Shown: positions 1-7,540 of the stretch, piece by piece
How the letters are laid out: every line of letters starts with the position of its first letter
Position numbering within the stretch: position 1 is the stretch's first letter
Source of the DNA: Candidatus Pacearchaeota archaeon
GTDB lineage: Archaea > Nanobdellota > Nanobdellia > Pacearchaeales > GW2011-AR1
DNA: 17,801 bases
Direction: 5' to 3'
NCBI GenBank assembly: GCA_018303825.1
Contig: JAGVXK010000003.1
Location: 1 to 17,801, forward strand
Translations under genes and position numbers: made by a program
The notes under the pieces: generated by a model
The model's database searches: none
What the model saw: the letters and a program-made list of their open reading frames with translations, nothing else
Told to the model about the DNA's origin: nothing

Positions 1-2675
1 AGATAAATTACTCCATTTGGAACATTCGTGAAATTAACATAAAATGGACTTGAACTGGAATTTGAGATATTTATTATATTTGTGGTATTAGCCAGATAAA
101 CTATTATTGTATCAAAACCGCCAGCAGGAGTATAAGTTACATTTGCGATAATATTAGCTCTTGACAAATTGCTTCCTGTTGTGTCTGTTGGATTTACAAA
201 TGAAAAGTTAGAAGCAAAGCTTGTTATAGTCAGGTTTGGACCAACCCCTAAAATTAAAGGAGTGTAAAACAAACTGGTAGTATTTCCGGGAATTAACTTA
301 ACCTCTGGAAGAATATTTGTTGTTGTTGTGAGCAAGGACATGTTTGTTGCATTGACATTCGTAAAACTATTGTATGTCCAATTCGCCCTTCCTTTTACAT
401 AAAGTGATTGTATCTCTAATGCCGTTAAACTTCTGTTGAATATCATTACCTCATCTATTGAGCCGTTGAACCCAAGTGATGTAGTGTCATGTCTGCTTCC
501 AATTTGTAATGGAGGAGAGTTATATTTCAAAACCTGACCTATTGAAGCATTCAAAACCCCATTAAGATATAAACTTGTAAAAGTGCCGTTATTCACAGCA
601 ACTACATGATACCATTGATTTAGATTCAATGTTGACCCACACACAGTTGTTGCATCAGAGTAATTACCGAAAAATAATTGTCTAGTATTGGCTCCACCGC
701 AAATACTACCATAATTTTTATTTATTCCAATTCCCCAACCATGTAGAGTCGCATTTCCAGTTGTTATCACATAACCTAATACATTTGTTGAATTCCCCAA
801 AGTTTTAATCCACACACTAACAGAAAGACTATTTTGTGAACTTAATGACGATGCAGTAATAATATCATTCACGCCATCAAAGACAAAACTCTGATTGTAA
901 ACTCCCGCCCCCGTTGCAGTTGCTCCATTAGTCAATGTCCCGTCATTTCCCAATCCAGAATAATCATTTGCATTTCCATCTCCGTGCCAATATCCAACAA
1001 GTCCAGATTCGCCAACCACAGAAACATTTGTTCCGTTTACAGCAGTCCCAGGATTTGTTCCAAAATCGTCCTGTGTACTTCCTGTGTTGAACGAATAATA
1101 TGAAACTAATCCTGTATTATTTCCGCTAAATGGATTTCTATTTGAACTGTTTATAGATAATATTTCTGAAGCAGATAAAGCTCTATTCCATATCATTACT
1201 TCATCTATTGAGCCGTTGAAAATAGCTGCCCCATTATTGCTCTTACCGATAATGAGATTTGTAGTACTCACTGCTGTTCCTGAAACGGTAGATGTAGATT
1301 TTAATGCCCCATCACCATAAAGAGTTTTAACTGTTCCACTTCTAGCCATGCACAAATTATGCCATACCCCATCAGTCAATGTTGTATAATTGCCATATGG
1401 GTCTGCACTTTCTAATATGCCTCCCCCCCACTGGTTTGCATTTGTTGCATTTCTTCCTAACCAAAAGCCAGTATCGAACTTTTTATCTATTATTCTTTCA
1501 TAGCTAGACCCAGTTACCCCTATTTCTTTAAACCATACACAAGCTGTAAAATCTGTAAATTGAGTTGTGATGGGTGTAGTTATAACATCATCAACACCGT
1601 CGAAATTAGCATAAGCAGAAACATTTTCATTAAGATAATTCCTCGCACTTGCCGTTGAACTATTGTAAAACCACATTCCCAATCTCGTCTGCACATTTGA
1701 GCCAAAATTCTTCTCGAAATCAAGAGTTACATTTACTTTATCATCTCCACTTGCCAAACTAATGTTTTGTTGTAAATATGTTTGAACACCTTGTGCTTTG
1801 AATCTTACACTTTGATTATTATAAATATCTAAGACTTGCTGTGCTGATAGATTTGTATTGAATACCATTACCTCATCTATTTGTCCTGTCCAGTTAGTTG
1901 CAACATTATCTCCGTTTTGTCCAAGAGAAATACCTGCACTTGTTGAAGTTCCTAATCCTGCGTAAGCTGTCGTGCTTGTTCCTGCTAATTGCCCATTTAT
2001 ATATATTCTGTAAAAATCCCCCACACTGTCATATACAAAAGCATAATGATACCATTGTCCTAAAGTGATAACTGTCGAATTACCTAATACTGCCGCTGTT
2101 CCTGCAGGGTCAGCAGCACTATCCCTCCATCTCATTTGGAAATTGCCAGAAGAGTTAATCAATAAGGTAACTCTAGCTGTTGCTGAACTAGATGTAACCT
2201 CTCCGTATAATGCGGCGAAGCCTGTTCCTAGTTGCAATCTAGTTAGATTACCCCAACCCATCACCGTTACTTGTGTTTTTCCTGCTAATGTAGATGATTG
2301 AGGCAGAGAAACATAATCATTTGCTCCATCAAAATTAATACAATTATCATAAATACAATTAGAAGCGATATTTGCTCCATTTGTCAGATTTGCGTCAAAA
2401 TTATTATTGCTCATATCAAATATTTTTATTCCAGAACGATAAGAATCAGACATATAATAAAGATGTAATAAATCGTATGGTGCTTGGTCACTTATGTTCA
2501 AATGAGTGAAATTGCTTGGTTCGTAAGTTATATTTCCGTCTAATCCTGCAGGGTTTGATGATGAGAGAATTTGATATTGTATTGTTGCAGCACCTATTAA
2601 AGCGATGAGTAAAACCACTAGAATAGCATAAAGAAAGACGCCTCTGCCTGCTAACTTAAAACCTCTTTTTCTCAT
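1..2675 (-). CDS. Large secreted/surface protein with three LamG (concanavalin A-like) domains; 3' partial, 891 codons in window
   Basis: Manual translation from ATG at 2675 stays open to the window edge. N-terminus MRKRGFKLAGRGVFLYAILVVLLIALIGAA is basic then hydrophobic (signal peptide/anchor). LamG hallmarks recur three times: FDGxND/FDGVDD, WYH/WHN, and IDEVMVFN / FNGSIDEVMIWN / FNGSIDEVMIFN. Confidence 0.9.
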   Translation of the reverse strand, partial: MRKRGFKLAGRGVFLYAILVVLLIALIGAATIQYQILSSSNPAGLDGNITYEPSNFTHLNISDQAPYDLLHLYYMSDSYRSGIKIFDMSNNNFDANLTNGANIASNCIYDNCINFDGANDYVSLPQSSTLAGKTQVTVMGWGNLTRLQLGTGFAALYGEVTSSSATARVTLLINSSGNFQMRWRDSAADPAGTAAVLGNSTVITLGQWYHYAFVYDSVGDFYRIYINGQLAGTSTTAYAGLGTSTSAGISLGQNGDNVATNWTGQIDEVMVFNTNLSAQQVLDIYNNQSVRFKAQGVQTYLQQNISLASGDDKVNVTLDFEKNFGSNVQTRLGMWFYNSSTASARNYLNENVSAYANFDGVDDVITTPITTQFTDFTACVWFKEIGVTGSSYERIIDKKFDTGFWLGRNATNANQWGGGILESADPYGNYTTLTDGVWHNLCMARSGTVKTLYGDGALKSTSTVSGTAVSTTNLIIGKSNNGAAIFNGSIDEVMIWNRALSASEILSINSSNRNPFSGNNTGLVSYYSFNTGSTQDDFGTNPGTAVNGTNVSVVGESGLVGYWHGDGNANDYSGLGNDGTLTNGATATGAGVYNQSFVFDGVNDIITASSLSSQNSLSVSVWIKTLGNSTNVLGYVITTGNATLHGWGIGINKNYGSICGGANTRQLFFGNYSDATTVCGSTLNLNQWYHVVAVNNGTFTSLYLNGVLNASIGQVLKYNSPPLQIGSRHDTTSLGFNGSIDEVMIFNRSLTALEIQSLYVKGRANWTYNSFTNVNATNMSLLTTTTNILPEVKLIPGNTTSLFYTPLILGVGPNLTITSFASNFSFVNPTDTTGSNLSRANIIANVTYTPAGGFDTIIVYLANTTNIINISNSSSSPFYVNFTNVPNGVIY
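441..470. repeat. 30-nt intragenic repeat, copy 1 (encodes FNGSIDEVMI); copy 2 at 1191-1220
   Basis: tatcattacctcatctattgagccgttgaa (441-470) versus tatcattacttcatctattgagccgttgaa (1191-1220): 29/30 identical, 750 nt apart. A weaker third copy lies near 1864-1881. Confidence 0.85.
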
Positions 2676-2697
2676 CAGGAACAAGAAAGAATATTGG

Positions 2698-2710
2698 TAT
2701 TTAAACTTTG
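2698..2710 (-). promoter_or_regulatory. BRE/TATA-like promoter of the LamG gene
   Basis: Minus strand reads CAAAG-TTTAAATA, with 22 nt between the TATA 8-mer and the ATG at 2675. Confidence 0.6.
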
Positions 2711-2835
2711 CTCATATCTCTATAGTAAGGTATTATAAGGATATTATTATAATAAAACAGGTAAGATAATATAATTATAGTATATTACTAATAGTAATAA
2801 TATATCTTAAGGATTTAGACTAAAAAAATAAAAAC

Positions 2836-2872
2836 GAAAGATTTAAATATACTATCATTATAATGATAGTAT
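2836..2872 (+). promoter_or_regulatory. BRE/TATA promoter followed by a perfect 24-bp palindromic operator overlapping the start codon
   Basis: gaaagatttaaata at 2836-2849; atactatcatta|taatgatagtat at 2849-2872 is its own reverse complement. Confidence 0.8.
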
Positions 2873-3506
2873 GAAAATGGAATTATTCAACCCGTATGTA
2901 TTAAAAATCTTAATTAGTGCAAGAGAAGAAGACAGCGTGAGCTCCATCTCAAAGAGAATAGGATTATCATATGGCTGGACATACAAATGGGCTAATGAGT
3001 TAATCAAAGAAGGTATTTTCAAAGAAAAATGGAGAGGGATTATATTGCAGAAAAACAATGAAAATTACAAAAGAATTATGAAATTTATCAAAAATATCAA
3101 GAATGTCAATTTTTATTATTCAGTATTAGACTTATTCGGAATTAAATATTGCTTTACGAAAACAGATGCAGTCTATATTTACACTGAGGGAAGATACAAT
3201 ATATCGAGGTACAAAGGTTATTATCCGATTTTTATTAAGATAAAAAGGGAAGATTATAATTTATTTTTAGAGTATTGTAAAAGATTAGATTTAAAAATCA
3301 ATGCAAAAAGAGGAATATTTTACGTTCCAGAAATATCCGTGAGATTTAAAGTAACTAGAATAAAAAGCACATGCGTTGAACCCTTGGATGAAACAATAAA
3401 TTTTATGAAGAAGAACATATTCAATTTTGAACCTGCCTTGGAAATGATACAAGAAATATATCATAAAGATTTTGGAATTAAATATAAAGAAGTCAATAAT
3501 TTCTGA
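2871..3506 (+). CDS. HTH-domain protein, putative antitoxin/transcriptional regulator (AbiEi-like by context)
   Basis: N-terminal winged-HTH-like segment SVSSISKRIGLSYGWTYKWANELIKEGI. The C-terminal ~130 aa (YCFTKTDAVYIYTEG...) cannot be assigned by eye. Lies 12 nt upstream of an NTase gene. Confidence 0.6.
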   Translation: MKMELFNPYVLKILISAREEDSVSSISKRIGLSYGWTYKWANELIKEGIFKEKWRGIILQKNNENYKRIMKFIKNIKNVNFYYSVLDLFGIKYCFTKTDAVYIYTEGRYNISRYKGYYPIFIKIKREDYNLFLEYCKRLDLKINAKRGIFYVPEISVRFKVTRIKSTCVEPLDETINFMKKNIFNFEPALEMIQEIYHKDFGIKYKEVNNF

Positions 3507-3518
3507 TGATAAATTAAA

Positions 3519-4196
3519 ATGGAAGACTTAATTAGAAAAGAAAATGAAATTTTCGATATTCTAAACGAGTTTTTAGAAGAAGATTTAACTTTCATAATTG
3601 TTGGGGGGTATGCTGTTTCGGCCTACAAGCATAGATTTTCAGTCGATGCAGATATTGTTATTCAGAGTAAAGACATAGATAAATTTAAATTGCTTTTGAA
3701 AAAAGAAAATTTCAAGAAAACGATATCGAAGGATTTAGAAAATGTATATTTTTCAAAATTTATAAGATATAAAAAAGAAAATGCAAGTGTGGACATGCTA
3801 ATAGATGCCTTAGCTTCAAGAAACACAGATGCATCTTTTGGTTTTGATTCAATATTGAAAAACTCCAAAAAAAGGAAAATAATTGGAATTGAAAAACAAA
3901 TCACATTACTTGTTCCAGTAAAAGAATTATTAATAGCGATGAAAATTCATTCTGGAAGATTAACAGACTTCAGGGATATAGCTGCTTTAGCTAAGGGAAC
4001 AGATTTGCAATTAATCAAAGACTTTATAGACCGAGGAGATACAAAGAAAGTTAAAATGAATTTGGAAAATTTAGAAGCAACAATAAAAAATCCCAATTTT
4101 ATTAATTCTTTTAAAGGTGTTTTTATGGAAAAAAATTTTGACATTGACATAGAGCAAGTAAAAAAAATATCTGAGTTAAAAGACAAAATTAAGTGA
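3519..4196 (+). CDS. Pol-beta-superfamily nucleotidyltransferase, AbiEii/DUF1814(MenT)-like putative toxin
   Basis: IVGGYAV...RFSVDADIV matches the GG...R.S.DxD signature. The C-terminal AMKIHSGRLTDFRDI resembles the K...R..D..D motif of this family. Confidence 0.75.
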   Translation: MEDLIRKENEIFDILNEFLEEDLTFIIVGGYAVSAYKHRFSVDADIVIQSKDIDKFKLLLKKENFKKTISKDLENVYFSKFIRYKKENASVDMLIDALASRNTDASFGFDSILKNSKKRKIIGIEKQITLLVPVKELLIAMKIHSGRLTDFRDIAALAKGTDLQLIKDFIDRGDTKKVKMNLENLEATIKNPNFINSFKGVFMEKNFDIDIEQVKKISELKDKIK

Positions 4197-4328
4197 AACT
4201 CTTTTGCCATAGAGAAAAGATAAGTATAACTGTTTAAAATATTAATCTATCAGGCAATATTCCTGCCTTGACTTATATTTCAATAAAAGCTAAAGGTAAT
4301 AAGCGATAACGATTAATGACCAATAGAA

Positions 4329-5081
4329 TCATCTCCCGAATAACTTGTCCATAAAGGAAGATTCTTTGTAATGATTGTTGCCACATATCCTCGCAGCTAC
4401 ACTTTTGTAAGCTCTCGCTGCCTTGCTTCTCGGATGTGAATAAACAATAGCATTCTTTCTGTACATTGCAACCCTCATATTCTTATCTTCAGGAATAACA
4501 CCAAGTATCGGCAATTCCAGCATTTCTTTTATGTTAGAGATAGGCATTTCATATTTATCTCCTTTGACTCTTGCCACAATTATACCTCTTACATCTATTC
4601 CCAATTCTTCCGCAACCTTGCTTGTCTTCAATGCGTCAGTAACAGCAGTTATTTCCGGGTTTGTAACAATAATTAATTCATCCGCTGCTTCCATTGCGGC
4701 TATCGCTTCCTCTCCAAGTCCTGCAGCAGAATCATAAATGACATAATCTGTTGCCTTTCTTAATTTTTTTCCAACATCTTTCAACTTGCCAGAATTCAAT
4801 CTTCTCAATTCCCTGACAGATAAGGAAGAAGGAATTATTTTAGTTCCAGATTCATGCTCGTATATTGCATCTGCAATGTCTGCTTTTCCAAGAAGAACAT
4901 GATTCAATGAAATTGGAACTATCGGAGCTCCCAAATGCAGTCCTATATTTGGAGTTGTGAGATTGGCGTCGACAATTATAACATCTTTCCCGAAATAATT
5001 TAATGCGGCGCCTATATTGATTGCAGTTGTTGTCTTTCCAACTCCCCCTTTTCCAGAAGTAATAGTTAGTATCTTCGCCAT
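4329..5081 (-). CDS. minD: MinD/ParA-family ATPase (archaeal MinD-like)
   Basis: Deviant Walker A SGKGGVGKTT, DANLTTPN, DSAAG, and a C-terminal amphipathic SFMDKLFGR resembling the MinD membrane-targeting sequence. Confidence 0.9.
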   Translation of the reverse strand: MAKILTITSGKGGVGKTTTAINIGAALNYFGKDVIIVDANLTTPNIGLHLGAPIVPISLNHVLLGKADIADAIYEHESGTKIIPSSLSVRELRRLNSGKLKDVGKKLRKATDYVIYDSAAGLGEEAIAAMEAADELIIVTNPEITAVTDALKTSKVAEELGIDVRGIIVARVKGDKYEMPISNIKEMLELPILGVIPEDKNMRVAMYRKNAIVYSHPRSKAARAYKSVAARICGNNHYKESSFMDKLFGR

Positions 5082-5139
5082 ATTTTTTATTTCTTATCCG
5101 AGAGTTTCTTTCATAAAAGAAACACAGCGGTAAAGGGAG

Positions 5140-5565
5140 CTATTTCAATTCACTTATAAACTTTTCTAATAAGGCAGTATACTCTTTCAGCTTGTCGAGA
5201 TTGACATTTACCACTTCGTTCCTGTAATTAACCCTTAAATTAACACCTTTCCTGAATTCGTTCTCCCTGATTTTCTCCAGCTTCTCAATGTCCCTGAACA
5301 TTTCATACAAGTCAAGAGTCTGGAAAATAATCGCATCATTAGCATAAATTTTCTTTAATTGCACAAGCTTGGCTCTGGGCGCATCTGGAACAGGCTTCCA
5401 CTTCTTTTGCTTCTTGGCCTTTTCAACCAATAAATCCATAGAATTTTCAATCATAACCTTCCATCTTAAAAGAAGATTTATAATTACATCGCATGTCTTT
5501 GTGTATTTCAAACTCACATACAATAGATGGTCTGCCCCAATCTTTTCCTTAATAATTTTCTCCAT
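5140..5565 (-). CDS. Hypothetical helical protein (141 aa from ATG 5565; track start is GTG 5577)
   Basis: Clean ORF (ADHLLYVSLKYTKTCDVI...). An archaeal SD-like GGGTGA lies upstream of ATG 5565, and GAAAGATATAAATA lies at about 5620-5633 on the minus strand. Confidence 0.7.
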   Translation of the reverse strand: MEKIIKEKIGADHLLYVSLKYTKTCDVIINLLLRWKVMIENSMDLLVEKAKKQKKWKPVPDAPRAKLVQLKKIYANDAIIFQTLDLYEMFRDIEKLEKIRENEFRKGVNLRVNYRNEVVNVNLDKLKEYTALLEKFISELK

Positions 5566-5727
5566 AAACAAGTTCACCCTTTCAAAAAGGTTACAGTAGG
5601 GTTTAAAAGTGAAAACCAGTATTTATATCTTTCTAAATCTATCAAAATAGTATATAGAAAAATTAGGTCTAACACTACAAATGCCAAAAAACGTTAATTT
5701 TTAATAGTCTAATTGGCATACAAATAT

Positions 5728-5922
5728 ATGAAGAATAAGTCAAAAGCCTGGCTCTATGAATCTCCTGCAATTTTAGTTTTAGCAATTTCATTTTTTGTAA
5801 GCATATATTTGGCTGTGAAGAATCTTTACAGAGTTAACTGGGCAACGCCGATTGTTTTGCTGACAGTTATAGTCTTGTTCTTTATTGGAAAATATTACGA
5901 TGAAAAGCACGATTTTGCGTAA
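5728..5922 (+). CDS. Small two-TM membrane protein (64 aa from ATG 5728; track start is TTG 5713)
   Basis: Two hydrophobic stretches (AILVLAISFFVSIYLAV; WATPIVLLTVIVLFFIG). TATA-like tttaatag at 5699-5706 sits 21 nt before ATG 5728. Confidence 0.6.
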   Translation: MKNKSKAWLYESPAILVLAISFFVSIYLAVKNLYRVNWATPIVLLTVIVLFFIGKYYDEKHDFA

Positions 5923-6006
5923 TTTTTAATTAAATTATTTCTTGTTTATTGACTCAGATTCTTGAATGGGAAAGGTTTTAATACGAATTTCAATAACTAG
6001 AAATGT

Positions 6007-6081
6007 GCTCTCGTGGCGCAACCCGGATAGCGCATTGGGATCCTAACCCAAAGGTTGAAGGTTCAAATCCTTCCGAGAGCG
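6007..6081 (+). tRNA. tRNA-Arg(CCT), no encoded CCA
   Basis: Acceptor gctctcg/cgagagc, D stem gcgc/gcgc with A20 (Arg identity element), anticodon stem ttggg/cccaa with CCT at 6042-6044, T arm gaagg-ttcaaat-ccttc. Confidence 0.95.
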
Positions 6082-6123
6082 TAATAATAAAGTTTAAAAC
6101 CCATTTCAAACTATGGATTTCAA

Positions 6124-6229
6124 GCGCGATTAGTTAAATGGCAGAATAGCTGGTTTCCATGATATGACTAGCGCCCGTTGTTCATATCGAAATGACCAGC
6201 GGACACGGGTTCGATTCCCGTATCGCGCA
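6124..6229 (+). tRNA. tRNA-Gly(TCC) with a 35-nt intron (6160-6194) at the canonical 37/38 position
   Basis: Acceptor gcgcgat/atcgcgc plus A73, anticodon stem gctgg/ccagc, T arm acggg-ttcgatt-cccgt. Bulge-helix-bulge: 4-bp helix tttc/gaaa, 3-nt bulges cat and tga, intron helix gatatga/tcatatc. Confidence 0.95.
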
Positions 6230-6343
6230 TGCATCATAATTAGGTTTAAAATGACCTTTAAAAAAGCTCATGGAAAGATAAGATTCGCCAGAATCCATGA
6301 GTGAAGGTTTAAAAGAGCCGATAATTATAACTTTGTATTAAAA

Positions 6344-7540
6344 ATGGAACAGCAAAGTCAAAAAGAGCAAACGCAGATACAACACAAAGCAGAAACTGGA
6401 AGCAAGAATTTTTATGACAAATATTATAAAATCATCCTGATAATTCCTGCAATATTGCTCTTGCTTTCTGTTCTTTACTTGTACAATTTCAACGCAAAAA
6501 ACAGGGATATTATAAACAAAGATGTTTCCCTTACGGGAGGAACAACGATAAGCGTTTATGATTCAAACATAAAAATTGATGAGATAACGGCTGCATTGCA
6601 AGAAAAATTCCCGGAAATATCTATAAGGGGAATTTCAGATATTCAAACCGGAAAACAAATAGGAGTAATCATAGAAACAAAATCCAGCATAGATCAAATA
6701 AGGCTGGAATTGGAAAAAATTCTTAATTATAAATTGACGAGCGACAACTCATCAATTGAATTCACCGGCTCAACTATTTCCCAGGGATTCTACCAGCAGT
6801 TAAGAAATGCCATTTTCGCCGCCTTCCTGTTAATGTCCTGCGTGGTTTTCATAACATTTTCCCAATCAAGATTTATGAAGGGCATTGTTCTGATGCTTGG
6901 CGGTATAGGACTTAGAATACTGCTTCCAAATGTTTCTATATTTACCTTCATTTCAATAGCCCTGATAATTGCTGGTTTAGTTTATGGACTAATGTCTGGA
7001 AAAGAGAAAAAGAAATTGCACTATTATTCGATTTTGGGACTTCTGATATTGTCCCTTATATTATTCAAATTTGATTACATAATATTCATTCCGCTTATCT
7101 TCCTTGCCCTCTTTTACATATACATAAGGAATTCAATGCCCAGTTTCATGGTAACTGTTTGCGCTTTCGCAGACATAGTAATGACAATAGCAGTTGTAGA
7201 TTTGATAGGAATGAAATTATCAATTGCGGGAATAATTGCCTTCCTTATGCTTATAGGATATTCTGTAGACACAGACATTCTTATGACTTCCAGATTGCTC
7301 AAAGAAAAAGAAGGAACAGTAAACAAAAGAATATGGGACGCATTCAAAACAGGAATCATGATGACATTGACGTCCATAGCAGCAGTAGGAATATCTCTGT
7401 TAATAATCAGAAATCTTTCAGAAACACTTCATCAAATATTCACAATAGTTTTGATAGGTCTTGGTTTTGACATATTCAACACCTGGGTGACAAACGCATC
7501 TTTATTGAAATGGTATATGGAGGTTAAGAAATTAGAATGA
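6344..7540 (+). CDS. secF: Protein translocase subunit SecF (archaeal type) with an extra membrane insert
   Basis: DVSLTGG motif, FLMLIGYSVDTDILMTSR, GLGFDIFNTWVTNA. Stop overlaps the secD start (ATGA). Confidence 0.92.
   Translation: MEQQSQKEQTQIQHKAETGSKNFYDKYYKIILIIPAILLLLSVLYLYNFNAKNRDIINKDVSLTGGTTISVYDSNIKIDEITAALQEKFPEISIRGISDIQTGKQIGVIIETKSSIDQIRLELEKILNYKLTSDNSSIEFTGSTISQGFYQQLRNAIFAAFLLMSCVVFITFSQSRFMKGIVLMLGGIGLRILLPNVSIFTFISIALIIAGLVYGLMSGKEKKKLHYYSILGLLILSLILFKFDYIIFIPLIFLALFYIYIRNSMPSFMVTVCAFADIVMTIAVVDLIGMKLSIAGIIAFLMLIGYSVDTDILMTSRLLKEKEGTVNKRIWDAFKTGIMMTLTSIAAVGISLLIIRNLSETLHQIFTIVLIGLGFDIFNTWVTNASLLKWYMEVKKLE

Noticed and set aside
441-1220. Diversity-generating retroelement TR/VR pair
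   Set aside because: Only 30 nt with a single difference, both copies are inside one ORF, and no reverse transcriptase is in the window.
2065-2301. 78-aa plus-strand ORF
   Set aside because: Antisense shadow of the LamG gene.
2720-2812. Very AT-rich tract with inverted repeat tattacta-a-tagtaata (2783-2799) as an origin or parS-like site
   Set aside because: Low complexity makes such repeats likely by chance; no ORB-like G-string and no cdc6/orc1 in the window.
4197-4328. Short inverted repeats (tctttt/aaaaga; aggca/tgcct) as element ends or a terminator
   Set aside because: Stems of 5-6 bp, no target-site duplication and no matching end on the other side of the NTase module.
2858-4737. 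ORFs 2858-3058(-), 3662-3904(-), 3947-4210(-) and 4531-4737(+)
   Set aside because: Each lies antisense to a well-supported gene and has no recognisable motifs.
6007-6229. tRNAs as an integration site for a genomic island
   Set aside because: No integrase, and I found no duplicate of either tRNA 3' end elsewhere in the window.
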